Assembly (NCBI GenBank): GCA_030704615.1
Contig: CM060731.1
Coordinates: 13,206,001 to 13,270,000 of the forward strand
DNA length: 64,000 nucleotides
DNA from: Takakia lepidozioides
Taxonomy: Eukaryota > Plantae > Bryophyta
Direction: 5' to 3'
Positions 1 through 12,336 of this stretch are shown piece after piece (position 1 is the first letter of the stretch; each line of letters starts with the position of its first letter). The notes under the pieces are model-generated. The model had not been told where the DNA came from, did not search any database, and saw nothing but the letters and a program-made list of their open reading frames with translations. The translations under genes were made by a program, and so were the position numbers.

Positions 1-139
1 ACAACATTTGGAAACCATTTCATTTATAAACAAAATTTGTACAACACAAGTTTTTGCAATCGGATTCCTGAGCTAGCTAAGCCAAACTAAGCATGCATTT
101 CCTCCCCCACGATCCAAGGTTGATGCCCCCATCAACGCT

Positions 140-1641
140 TCTTCTGCTTTTGAGGTCGCCTTTCGAAAGCTGCAACCACCTCGGATGTGTTTCCCATTTC
201 TGAGGCACGCACCCAAGTTGCCTCCACTTGATGATAGCCCTTCCATTTCACGAGTTACTCCGTTTCTCGATTCTTGAACCTCCTTGACTTAAGCACTGCC
301 TCCACCTCGTACTCAGGTTCATTTTCATGATCCAACAGCACAGGTAGCAGACGCAACACTTGATGCCGATTTGGACACGCTTCATCTTTGAAGTAAGGCT
401 TCAAAAGGGAGACGTGGAATACCGGATGCACCTTGCTGTTTGCCGGCACCTCCACTTCATACACATCCTCATTCATAACCTTCTGGATGCGAAAAGGCCC
501 CGCATACGAAGGTACAAACTTCGGACTCACTTCCGGAGGTAGTCGAAAATTCTTGATGTTCAACCAGACCTCCGTGCCTGCCTCAAACTTAACTTCCCTC
601 CGTTTTCGGTTTGCCTACCGTTCATACCGTTTCCTAGCTTTGGCAATGTTGTACTTTGCGAGCTCCAACAAACGTTCGCGTTCTTCTAGCACCGCTACTG
701 CTGCCGGTTCTTCAACGTCATGAACGGCCCAACTTGTCGGTACTAGAGGTGCTTTTCCATAGACCAATACGAAAGGGAAGACTCCCGTTGCGGAGTGTTT
801 CTGCCGACACATAATTCCGTAAGATTTGCTTCATCACGGAATTCACTCTTTCCATTTGGCCGTCTGTCGTAGGTCGGAAGGCCATGCTCATCTTGAGCCT
901 CGTCCCCATTTTCTTCCAAAGTGCCCTCCAAAATTTACTTGTAAACTTTGGATCGCGGTCCGAGACAATATCCTTCGGTAGTCCATGATGCTTGAAGACG
1001 TGGGCGATGTAAAGTCGTCCCGTCTCCTACGCCATTATCGTCTCCTTGGTGGGAATGAAATGGCCCATTTTATTGAACCTATCCACCACCACCACCATGA
1101 TTGCGTCGAATCTTTTTGATAGCGGCATAGCAGTCATGAAATCCATCGAGACACTTTCCCAAGACCCCCCTGGAATCGGCAAGGGTTATAAGAGCCTCGT
1201 TTGCTTTTTGTACTTGCTCCGGTTTTGTTGGCATGTGGTGCATGTCTTGACATATTCCTCGGCCTCCCCCCTCAGTTTGGGCCAGAAATACTCTTTCTTC
1301 AAGAGTGTCGCGGTGCGCTTAGCTCCACCGTGGCCCGCAAGCGGGCCATCATGGCATTCTCTCAAGAGACTATCTCTGATCCCTCCCTTCGGCACGTAGA
1401 GATGCTTTTGCTTATACCGAAGCAGTCCATTGTGCAAGTGGAACTGCGATTTAATCCCCAGCCTCAAGTCCCGCATCACGGACTTCGCCATCTCAGCCTT
1501 CCGGTAAGCCTTCCGGAACTTCCGTTGGAGCGTCGTCTCGCCCCTGTACACCAACATGAGCTGCTGCTTTCTACTTAAAGCATCGGCTGCCACATTGTCC
1601 CGTCCCGGTTTGTACTGGATATCCACGTCGAACACTACCAA
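140..1641 (-). pseudogene. Gypsy integrase with C-terminal chromodomain
   Basis: HHCC finger (CHDGPLAGHGG...CTTCQ), core (SMDF; FRPTTDGQMERVN), GPY/F-like region (YAGPFRI...HPVFHVSLLKPY) and chromodomain EYEVEAVLKSR...E*LVKWKGY...EATW read through the stop at 255-257. Confidence 0.93.
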
Positions 1642-1659
1642 AGTGTCTTGTCACCTAAG

Positions 1660-2145
1660 TTATTTTGGGGACAACTTAGGCTGTGTGGCAAAATACTTCA
1701 CTGTGACATTGTTTGTGAACACCTTCACCGGGTTGGAACCAACATAGTGGCGCCAAAGCTCAAGGCAATGCACCACCGCCTTCATTTCTTTCTCGTGCGT
1801 AGGCCACTGTCGTTCCACTTCATTCAGTTTCTTACTTTCGTAAGTCACTGGACGTCCATCCTGCATGAGCACACCCCCAATTGCGAAGTCCGACGCATCT
1901 GTATGAATCTCAAATGGATGGTCGAACTCCGGGATTTTCAGGACTGGAGCTTCCGCCATCCGCTGCTTCAACTCGGCAAAAGCTTGGCCACAAAAGGTGT
2001 TCCATACCCATACCTTGGACTTACACAGAAGATCTGACAGCGGCCCCACGATCTTGGCGAAATTTCTCACATACTTTCGGTAATAGGAGGCGAGTCCTAG
2101 GAAGGATCGCACTCCCGGGACCGAAGTCGGAGGCTCCCAGTCCAA
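1660..2145 (-). pseudogene. Gypsy RT connection and RNase H
   Basis: [14 protein letters not shown]...[16 protein letters not shown]...ESKKL...[15 protein letters not shown]. Confidence 0.95.
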
Positions 2146-2900
2146 GATCGCCTCACCTTTCTGTCATCCATTTTGATCACATCCTGTGTAATCACATGCC
2201 TTAGGAACTCCACTTTTGTGACCCCGAATTCGTACTTTGAAGCTTTGGCATACAACTTTCCTTCCCGCAATTTCTGGAACATCCTTTTGAGGTGCTCCAG
2301 GTGCTCTTCTTTTGTTTTCGAGTACACCAAGATGTCGTTGATGTACACGATCACAAAGTCATCCAACCACTCCTGGAAAAGGCTGTTCATTAGCGTGCTA
2401 AAGGTCACGGGTGCGTTGGTGAGCCCAAAAGGCATCACCAAGAACTCATATGAACCATATCTTGTCCTGCACGCGGTCTTCTCCTCATCTCCTTCTGCCA
2501 CTCGGATTTGATGGTAGCCGGAGCGCAAATCGATCCGGCTGAAATAATTCGCTCCTGCCAACCAATCGAAGAGGTCATCGATCCTTGGCAAAGGGTACCG
2601 GTTTTTTATAGTCACCTTATTCATCGCCCTGTAATCGACACACATCCGCATCCTTCTTGTCTGCGAATAGCACCGGGGCTCCATAAGGTGACTTATTCGG
2701 TCGGATGTACCCCTTTGACATTAGATCCTTAAGCTGAGCCTTCATCTCGATCAACTCTGTGTGGCTCAACCGGTAGGGCGCCTTAGCAGGCGGCTCTGAT
2801 CCCGGTACCACCTCAATCTTGTGGTCAACTCCTCTTCGCGGTGGCAAGCCGCTTGGTAAATCCTCCGGCATCACATCCTGGTATTTCTCCAGGATCCCCT
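2146..2900 (-). pseudogene. Gypsy reverse transcriptase
   Basis: KAPYRLS...SPYGAPVLF / [10 protein letters not shown]...YPLPRIDDL...MPFGLTNAP...VYINDIL (YIDD mutated to YIND). Frameshifted. Confidence 0.95.
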
Positions 2901-2948
2901 TGATCCAGTCTGGGCTGGACTCCCTATCGTCTTCTCCTTCCACTTGTC

Positions 2949-3900
2949 TTACGTAAAGCAAAAACTGGGGCTCTCTGTCTCCTCCACGACCCACTCCTTT
3001 GCTGACAGCAGGTTTATTTGCCCTCCCACTCGGTTGGGCGTTTTTGACACCCGTAACACTTCGCCACCATTCCCACACGGTAGCGTGACTATTCTCTTGC
3101 GGCCATCTATGACCGCTCCGGATTTGCTCAAAAATGTCTTCCCCAAAATGAGATCCACTCCATCGATCTCGCAAATGGTGAAGTTCTCACGTCCTTCCCA
3201 ACTCCCCAGCTAAAGAGGAACATCGAACGTCAGCCTCGTCGCTAGTTGTGGTTCTCCTTTGGCAGAACGCACTTCAATAGAGGCCCCACATCACTTGTCG
3301 AGAGCCCCAGCTTCCGTGCCGTTGCCGGTGTCATGAAGGAGTGCGACGCTCCTGTGTCCACCAACAATGACACGTTAGATATGCACAAGCAGATCACCGG
3401 TAATTTGCCGTCTGTATTACTGAGCATGCTAAAATACGGTCAGTTTTACCCTGGAACTGCATGGGTGGTGACCATGCACCATCATACCAATATAAAAACC
3501 AGTGTACCCAATGACCAATGGATCAAAGCCCTGAACCAGCGTGGGGGAGGAAATGCATGCTTAGTCCGGCTTAGCTAGCTCAGAAATCCGATTGCGAAAA
3601 CTTGTGTTGTACAAATTTTGTTTATAAATGAAATAGTTTCCTAATGTTGTGCTTTCTATTTTGTTTGGAATGGTGATGCATGGTATGGTTGGCTAGTGTG
3701 TAGAATGCATGCTAGCTTACAAAAGTAGGAGTCCCACTCACGAACATTAACTGACTCCCTTTACGCAAGGCGTCAGTCTCATAATACAACTCACAAGAGT
3801 AGTTGTCTACCTTGCAAGTCTTGGCGACCATCGCTTCCAACAAGCGGCTGATGGAATCTTTGGACAGCTCCGTGGTCGCCCGAGTCATGTTCAATTGTTA
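2949..3900 (-). pseudogene. Gypsy aspartic protease, interrupted by an inverted insert (about 3376-3729)
   Basis: LMFVSGT ... VSLLVDTGASHSF ... DLILGKTFL motifs lie on either side of the insert. Confidence 0.85.
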
Positions 3901-3905
3901 AGGTT

Positions 3906-4898
3906 TCACGCACTTCTTGGCCATGTGCCCGGGCTCCCCGCAATTAAAGCACACTCCATCGAAGGTCGCCTTCTATTCGCCATAAGCCGCCGCACCTGAT
4001 TTTCCTTTCGGAGCACCGGGTGTCGCCTTGACGTGTGAAGGCCCTCCCTTTGATTTCCATGTGCCATTGTCGCCGCGTGGCCATCCCACTTCTTTTCCGG
4101 TCGGACGGAGTCACCCTCCCGCCGGTTCTTGTGGTTCAGCTCCGTACGGCCTTGTCTTTCGCCCCTAGGGACATCCGAGAAACATTCAACTCTTTCAATT
4201 GCCTCGTTCAAAGTCTTAGGTAGCTTCTCCTCCAACTTCCATCTAGCCCATGGGGCTAGTCCTGCCACAAAATTGAAAACCATTTCTGGTTCTGCCATAT
4301 CTGTGACTTTGAGCAACAGCACATTGAAAGCCTGAATATATCCCCGAATGTCATCCGTTTGCTTCAAATTCCTCATCTTGTCCCGGGCGAGCCAGGACGC
4401 GTTGAGGGGCACAAATTGTCTTTTCATAAGTTCCTTGAACCCACTCCAGCTCAAGGTTTCTGGGTTTGGACCTTGGTCATGAAGGCATTTCTGCCAACAT
4501 TGTTGAGCATAGCCCCTCAAATAGGTGGGAGCCACTTCCACCCGATCCTCGTCACTCAACTTGGTCACCCGGAAGTACTGCTCTAGCTCCAAGAGCCAAG
4601 TGTTGAGTGCCTTCCAATTTTGGACGCCCTCGAAGGTGTCGGGTTCCTTAGGCTTCACCTTCAACTTTGTCTTAGTGGAAGTGGCATTAGCCGCCTTCAA
4701 CACGTTTTTCAACGTCCCGCCAAACTGCGGCAACAACCCTTCCCAAAAGGCTGCTGGCATGGGAGGCATTTGTTGGTCTGGTGGAGCCTCCAGGAAGTCC
4801 TCGGGCTCCGATCCCCCAGATTCTTCCCGTTCTTGAGCGGCCTCGCTTTCAAAAGCATAAATCGTCTCTTCCAATTGCCGCTTCGAATTCGGTGACAC
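3906..4898 (-). CDS. Gypsy Gag (retrotransposon gag domain; CCHC knuckle frameshifted)
   Basis: 330-aa ORF with EPDTFEG...WLLELEQYF...SWSGFKELMKRQF...LKQT...FVAGL. CFNCGEPGHMAKKC occurs in another frame at about 3911-3952. Confidence 0.9.
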   Translation of the reverse strand: MSPNSKRQLEETIYAFESEAAQEREESGGSEPEDFLEAPPDQQMPPMPAAFWEGLLPQFGGTLKNVLKAANATSTKTKLKVKPKEPDTFEGVQNWKALNTWLLELEQYFRVTKLSDEDRVEVAPTYLRGYAQQCWQKCLHDQGPNPETLSWSGFKELMKRQFVPLNASWLARDKMRNLKQTDDIRGYIQAFNVLLLKVTDMAEPEMVFNFVAGLAPWARWKLEEKLPKTLNEAIERVECFSDVPRGERQGRTELNHKNRREGDSVRPEKKWDGHAATMAHGNQREGLHTSRRHPVLRKENQVRRLMANRRRPSMECALIAGSPGTWPRSA

Positions 4899-5014
4899 GT
4901 CGCCCCCACCGGGCTCACCAGGATCATCATCTTTCGGGCCGTTCCGCTTTCACTTTGTCTTGCCCGACCCCATGATGAGGCCGATCTCAAGGACGATCGC
5001 GTACTGAACTCTAA

Positions 5015-5026
5015 GCTCTGATACCA
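5015..5026 (-). promoter_or_regulatory. Primer-binding site (tRNA-iMet)
   Basis: Reverse complement TGGTATCAGAGC, 2 nt from the LTR end (...CGCGACA). Confidence 0.9.
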
Positions 5027-5028
5027 AG

Positions 5029-6040
5029 TGTCGCGTAGCTCACTTAGGTAAGCTCCCTTTCAAGTCATAGTTACTCGCTTTGATGCGCTCACCTAACTCC
5101 CAAACTGACCGTCGGGCCAACTCGGAGCTTCGGCTGCTCACCGGGACATAACGGTCCCCCTTTGTTCCTCCACAAGACCCTCTCTCGATTTAGGCCTAGT
5201 GGAAATTCTCTTTGGTTGTTGGCAGTCCGGAACAGCTCCCCACACCTTGGTCGCTTTCCGGCTCGCACGCTTACTCACTAGTTTTTGGTCACCAACGGGC
5301 TTGCACCGTTCTCGGGGTTACTACTCCCTATATATACTTCTATGACTGTCCGCGAGGGTTTCACAAACAACCCACTCATTTTATCGTCCCCACGACTCCC
5401 ACCACAAGGTTTCCGCCCCATGGTGAGTCCTATGCCACCCCCACTAAGACCCACTAAAGCTACCACCACCCCTCGTGGAACCACCCCCACCGCAACCCGA
5501 TGTGCGGGGCTCCACCTAGTGAGCATCTCCGCCTCCTTGAGTGCCTTGGGCACTCAAGGGTGCTTCAGCTCCCGTACCTATTGTTGCCACTGCCCCCACC
5601 ACAGGGGCAGCCCCTCTTGTGTCCCGACCCCCTGCCCTCAAGGCAAAGGGCCGCGACATTCAGCCCATTGAAGCTTTTATCTTCAAGCTGCTTGGAGAGC
5701 AAGCAAGGAAAATGGAAGGGCTGATTTCTCTTATGTGGGAGTTGTGCATGTGTGGAGCATGCATTCAGCCTAGTTAAGCCGCCATCTTTAAGCTATGGAG
5801 AGCTAGAAAGGAAGGTAAGGGGTTGATTTGCTCTTAGGTGATAGTCCGGCACTTGTAGAGCGTGTTTTGAGTTGGGGTTTCAACTGCAAGCCTAGATAGA
5901 GCATGGTTCTTGAAGCGGCAGGTATAGGGGGCTGGAATAGGCTCTAAGATACATGTTATGGCCAAGGAGAGTGCATGAAGTAGTGCTTACAAGGGCTGGA
6001 AACCAGCAAGACATGGTTGCTTGTCACGGTCTTGAGTGAA
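5029..6040 (-). repeat. 5' LTR of the chromoviral Gypsy (outer boundary approximate)
   Basis: Begins at the PBS-adjacent CA and ends where piggyBac-like coding sequence starts (about 6026-6040). Confidence 0.7.
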
Positions 6041-7028
6041 GCGTCGAGCTCCTTTGTGCCACCGTTCTATGAAGGTATTAGGAGCGACCGGGCTCACGGC
6101 AGCACTGAGAAGGTTCACACATTTTGCATCATACCAAGACAGGGCTGCTAACTTCTCAGATATATGCATACGCCATTCCAGTCTGCCCCGTTTACCTGTT
6201 TTTCCCAAATCTAAAGCACTAGGGAATCCCACACGTTGGCACTTCACAGTGCCAATTGCATAGATCCCCTTGCAAGCCAAATCATAAAACAAGGTAGGGG
6301 AGGAGAAAAAATTATCCATTATCACTATGTGGCCACGATGGTCAAAGCCATCAAGCAATTGGCATATCACTGCGTACCCATGCCATGGGAGAGGTCAATT
6401 GTCGGGTCCTCACCCAAGTACAATTCCATTTTATGCACATAGCGCGAGTTAGCATTTGCAAGACACCAACACTTGATTCCCCATTTCACTGGCCTCTTTG
6501 GCAAGTACTGAATGATAGATGCATACTTCCCTTTATACTTGACCATCATTTCGTCCACACACAGGTTCTGGTCTGCATTCCAGAAGTGAGCATAAAGTTC
6601 ATTTTGAGCATCAATGAGCCATCATGTCTTGGCTAGTTTGTCATACCCTGGCATTCCACTACCTACCACAGTGGCATTGTCAACAAGGTGAAGACACCTC
6701 ATAATAGCCTCCCATTGATTCCTGCTCATGATGCGGGTAAGTTGAAAAAACTATCATTAGCCTTCCAATATAGCCTAGTATTAGGCAATTTTTTGGCACC
6801 CATGAAGATATGAATTGCAAGCCAAGCTCTAAGCTCTGGAACTGTCAATGGATACCACCCCTTGCCACCTTTAGTTCCACCTTTGGAATTCAATGACTGA
6901 GCATACAGATTGGTCATCATGCATACCTTTCTCTGCAGAGGCCATGACCAGTAAAGATTGAAAAAGTCAATGGGGCTGGCATCATCAGTGAGATTAGGTA
7001 CCTTTGGACCTGAATCCCTACCTGTCCA
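6041..7028 (-). pseudogene. piggyBac-like (DDE_Tnp_1_7/PGBD-type) transposase, catalytic-core part
   Basis: SPIDFFNLYW...TNLYA...LTVPELRAWLAIHIFMG...YW; VDEMMVKYKG...QYLPKRPVKWGIKCWCLA; HIVIMDNFFSSPTLF...GIYAIGTVK..RVGFP; WYDAKCVNLLS. Two frameshifts. The third catalytic Asp region is removed by the LTR insertion. Confidence 0.9.
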
Positions 7029-8276
7029 CACTAGAAGAAAAAACGGCTTTTTCCACAGCTTTTTTCACACTTTTTTCCGTGGAATCCGCCCCAATCCACA
7101 CCTGCCGTGGGTGTAAGAAACGACGAGTGCTTTTGGACACCCCGTGGACGGCCTGGCTCTCGGGTGGCCCTGTGGAAAAATCCACGGGTGGCTGAATCCA
7201 CGGGTGGCCTTTTTCACGGGGTTCATGGCTTTTTCCACGAGCGACGTGTGCTTTGGCGAACACCGCCACGTGGATCGTAGATGTACAAAGGTGTGGACTT
7301 GTCCACACCTACGGGAAAACCATGCGACTGCTTGTCACCAGGGTTTCACGACATTTGGGCAACGGTGTGTGCAACACGTGTATTTTTGTGGGGATGACAC
7401 GTGTATGGAGACAAAGAGGTGATGTGCACTTATGTGGAGTGGACATCTGGTGTGGCATGTGGGTGTGAAAAAAGCCATTCGGTGTGAGACCATCCACTGG
7501 CTGTTTTCACAGCTTCAGCAAGTTTGGGGGCCACGTGTTCCGTGGCAAACACCCCCACGTGGATCCTAAACGTACAAAGGGTGTGGACTTGTCCACACCT
7601 ACGGGAAAATGATGTGACACCCTGTTACCTGGGCTTGACGACATGTGGGCAACGGTATGGGCAACGCGTGTATTTTGGAGAGGACGGCACGTGGCGTAAT
7701 CTGCATGGAGTGGGTGTGTAGTATTTTATTGCCTATACTGTAGGTCATTCCACATAGCCACAGGAGCATACCATAGTGGGTCTGAAATATTCTACTGCTG
7801 ATGTTGTAGGTCATTCCACAAAAATGTGGAAGATGCCACAGGCAAGCTACGGTTGATTTCACATATTTGTGACGTCATGGTGTGCACAATTATTCCATAG
7901 GCATCATGATCATATCACAAATCGTGATACTGTCCACACTGTCAGTTTCACAGTCCATGTGAAATATGACTCATATACATAAATACAATTCCAAAGCATT
8001 GCGGCAACAACCTGCTCATGACATGTACAATTGACTAAGCATGGCTAGAACAACAGAAAGAATGACCAGATGCAAGGGTGCTTCAAAGTTGGGTGCGCCC
8101 TTCATTGCCCAAATAAAGTTTAGTCTGAACATGCAAGTATTGCAGAGTCTGCACTGCTGATCACAACCCCACAATGTACCCAAATCCTACATTGATGCGC
8201 ACAATAACGAAAAAAAGGTGAAATATGAAGTGGCGTTCAGTCAAAATTGCCTTCAAATTGAGGATCCCCCACAATC

Positions 8277-11200
8277 TCATGTTCGGGTCAGTTTGAGGAA
8301 CTTGGCAGACCACAGGGCCGTGCTGCCTACAGTGTCACTGAGCATCACAATGGGAGGCCTAACATCATTGTTGGGGTATGGTAGAGCAACATCTGCCCCA
8401 TGTACTGATTCAACCGAGACAACATGATAATCGGCATGAACGACATAAGCCAGCCAGTCAGTCGACATGCCCAATATATGGCCCACGCCTGCCTTCCGTT
8501 TGGGTGCATTGGGGTCAAACATTGTGACCTTGTCACCAACCTAAAACTGGGACAGCCAACACCACCAATGTGTGCCCTTGTCATTTGTTATGCACATGCA
8601 ACATGGACATGGAAAACGCGAGATGCCATCATATAGCCCTACAAACAAAATACGGATGTACTTCCACGAAGGAAAACTTACAACAGGTGCCGGCGCTTTG
8701 AAGCTTCCCATACGGCTCCCATCAACGTTGCTGGCAGCAAGTCTTGCGGACTTCTTCCTCATATTCACCGCAACAATTTCCTTTGGTGGCTTCTGAATCA
8801 ATAGAAACCCACACATGTACACAGAAGTCATGAACGGCCTGCAGGTATTGCATAATCGACTTGGAACAGCACAAGAATATAGGAACACGAGTACTTACCT
8901 TCCGTACAATGGCCAATTTTGTTGTTGAATCAATGTTCTTCCCTGCCCCAACAATAACCACTCATGTGCCCTTAGCCCCTGCCCCTATGTCTTGGGCACT
9001 CTGTCTAAGTTCACTACCGGTGTGATCCTCCAGTACAGGCACTCCCTTCTCAATAAGGGGGGATAGGTCATCATTGGCACCATAATTAAGGCAAGGATCG
9101 TCACATGCCATGTTCTGAACTTTGTCCTCACATGTGGCATCTTCTTTCACAATACTGCCCCCTTTCCTTTGTCCACTGCCTCCACTGCTAGGAGGCTGCT
9201 CACCTGTACTTGTCATTTCCACAGTAGTCGCAGGTGGGACAACACCATGAACAGGGGGCGACAACTCACACACAATGTTTGATGTTGATGGAGATTCATC
9301 CCTCGGCAGGTCCAAACCGAGCTTCACTGCCAATGCCATGTTGAACTTGTCTGTCTTACATACTGCAGCGGCAAACATGGATTTCACTACCTGCAATTCC
9401 AATTTGTGCTCCATTGAGCTGGCCTCCATTGTATGTTTCCATCCTTCCAAGCCATCAAGCCGAGAAGCCAATGCTCCAAGGCCCTGCCACAAAAAGAGTG
9501 CAAATACGATTCAATACATCTATCGCACTAGCCATGCGAGGTAATTTATTGGACAACAACATAGGAAGGCAAAACCATAAATAATTGACAAGCATATCAT
9601 TGCAACAAATGCAGGTGGGTTAGTTACTTACAGATCGGGTGGCCCCTGCTGAATCAGAACCATACCCCTTGTTGCTATTCGTGCTCCCCAAAATTTCGGA
9701 TAGAAGTGGAGGACGACCACTTGTCTTAGCCTACACATGGACATGATATGGGAATATTAGTGCCATCCTCTAAGAGTAAGATACAAATGACAAGACACCT
9801 CACTACCTGAATATATTGGCAATGTCATGAGACAGGCAGATTTACCAGACGTTCCTCAACGCCGCTAAGGCCACTGCGTCCAGATCTCGAAGGGGCACCA
9901 ACATGCCCCCGTGCATGCTTGCCATTATCACGACTCTTTTGCCATTCGGGCGTGTTCCAATGCCTCACAAGTTCTGCCCAAGTCTTGTCCGCAACATAGT
10001 GGGGCTTAGGTTTGCCACGGGAGTAAACTTTTCTAAACAGTTTGATGCGCCAGTATTTAATGACGCCTCCAATCTCAGTTCGAAGTTGGGCGCCAGTTAT
10101 CCCAGGAGGTAAATATTCCCAATCATCTGCTAATAGTTCACCCACCTCGTCAATCAGACTTTGAGGTTGAAGATGGATGGGCAGAGAACAGTCCAGCACA
10201 CGTTGGCATTGCCCTCGCAGGGCTGCCAGCCAGTCATTCCGTGCATCCCCGCATGGGCCCTTTTTGCCACACGCAACTATGAATCTCTTTTGCCCAGCAA
10301 CTACATTTGCACAAGACGTTTCCTTCAACCCTCTCCGTGCTACTCTCCTCACCTTGCGCAAAAAATTGGCTCTGTCTTAGCCAGTCAAATGTTGCGCATC
10401 TGGAGTCATATTGGAATCACGGGCCTCCTCTCCTCCCTCACAACCTGCAACATGGGGCCCTTCGGGCGGACATGAACCCTGCCACGCACCAACGTGGGGT
10501 GTGGGGTGGGCAGGAACATAACCTGTGCTCGGAGCTGGTGAGCTTGGGAATTGAAGAGGCCGCGAAGCGTTGCAATTGGGTGAAGCTATGGGCTGCCTGG
10601 AATAAGGGCCATGCAACGGCGCACTATACATGGGGCTTCTGGGATACGTTGCTTGGGGAGGATGCGCAGGTGGGGGAGGGTTGGGGTGAGGGTACCACAC
10701 ACCTTTGTGGCAGCAGAAATCGCACCCAAAATGCATTTAGGTCTGATCCATTGAACACGCCAAACGTCACTGGGAAAGTCCTCCTTGTATGTTTCGACCC
10801 TCTTTCGGGGTTCTTTGGGGAATCCCTTGTAGGCACAATCTGGCCCCGATGACCATCGTACATATCAATGAGAGTACAATATGATAATGGCTGATAATGG
10901 CTTCACATATTATCAACATTTGACAATAGAGGGGGCAGGAAGATGGGGGAGGAAGAGTCGTGAGCGCCCCCTCTCGGACATGGCTGGCTGATGAGGCGGT
11001 TACCATCGTGCTCTTGGGGGTTCCTCCTCTCCCACTACAATTTCTTTCTTGTTGCAACATGACACCACAATATGCAGCCCCCTACCTGTGCAGGTCCCTC
11101 CCTCCCACAACCCCCTTTGCGCTTTTTGGGTATTAAGACAGGCCATCACAAGTTTGAACCTCCTGTGAGGGAGTCAGCAATCTGCAGAGTTGCATTTCTC

Positions 11201-12167
11201 ATGGCACAAAATGGAAAAATGTATAGAAGACTTTAATAACAGATTTGGGTTCCAAGGAATAGACAGTAGATAAACCCTTGTATCATGATGTATAGAGGGC
11301 AAGAAAGTGGTGCTTCATCCTGCTAGTGGAAAATGGAAAAAACTGCTGGGACCAAAAGGAAAAACAAATAAGAAGATGCAAATCCTGCCACAAACCTAAG
11401 AAATCAGTACAGCAAATGCCCACTTACCTCTGGTGGAAGAGGAGCTGGCCGTTTTGGTGCCCTCGGAGCATGCGTTGCATTGGGAGGCTCGGTCAGTCCA
11501 CATGCACCACTGATGTAGTTCTCCAAATCTGATACCTTGTCCACATGATCTCCATCCTCGTCCTCCTCTATGTCCTCGTGCATTTCCTCCTCCGAATCGT
11601 CGTCGTCATCTATGTTGTAATCCTCATCGAGCTCCTGATCACGCTCGTCGAGTTCCTCTGCCTCAGAGCCCACCGACTGGGGAGTCTCGGGCTCTTCCTC
11701 CACCATCGAAGGTAATGCTAGTTCTTTCAAGCGCCCACTTTGTCGAGGAGGCCCGTTCCACACAACTTTGGAGCTCCTACTCGGCCGTTGTACACTCCTA
11801 GCTATGCTGCGCACACATTTCCAAAACCCTGTGTGAATCTTGCCCTAAACAAAAGGCGATCTTGAAAGTGCCATCACCATGAAACCTATGGGAGGGAAAA
11901 GCAGTAGGCTAATGTGGTGGGAAACCCCTACTCACTACCTGTGTAGCATGCATACTAAGGACAAGGGTGATCTGCTCACCTGCGCGCAACGCTCCCAATG
12001 TTCAGCTGAGCCAACGTCTCCTTGTTGGCCGCTATGCGCCTCTCTCGCTCTTCCTCGTAGGCAGTGCATGGAGGGGTGTTGGGTGTAGAGGCCTTGCGTG
12101 TCCGTGCCATGGCGGGTTCCTCCTCGTCGCTCAAATCGCAGTAATCGACCTCAAACAAGACTACCAT
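8277..12167 (-). CDS. CACTA TnpA-like/accessory gene (multi-exon, possibly pseudogenised)
   Basis: ATG at 12167. N-terminal AYEEERERRIAANKETLAQL motif, donor GT at 11979, acidic exon 11404-11814, Ptta/En/Spm-like exon 9825-10361 (KPHYVADKTWAELVRHWNTPEWQKSRDNGKHARG...GRSG) and TNP1-like C-terminal exon 8277-8522 (VALPYP...DTVGSTALW). Confidence 0.7.
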
Positions 12168-12336
12168 GATCTACTGATCAAACAATAGAAGGAGCGCATG
12201 TAGAAAACAGAGGGGAGGTGGACCCGCCATACGAATACTCCAACGCCTGCAAGCACAAACGTAGCTTCCCCACATCCGAGCACTCGCTGACTTCCCACTT
12301 CAAAAACTAGCCAAACCCAGAAGCGTTTCGTGGGGG

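Larger units (their letters stand above)
1..6040 (-). mobile_element. Ty3/Gypsy chromovirus LTR retrotransposon (degenerate; 3' end runs off the window)
   Basis: Minus-strand order gag-CCHC-protease-RT-RNaseH-integrase-chromodomain. tRNA-iMet PBS (TGGTATCAGAGC) next to an LTR ending in CA. Frameshifts and stops present. Confidence 0.95.

Noticed and set aside
1-111. PPT plus start of the Gypsy 3' LTR
   Set aside because: A purine tract followed by TG is present, but I find no match in the 5' LTR (5029-6040), so it cannot be confirmed as LTR.
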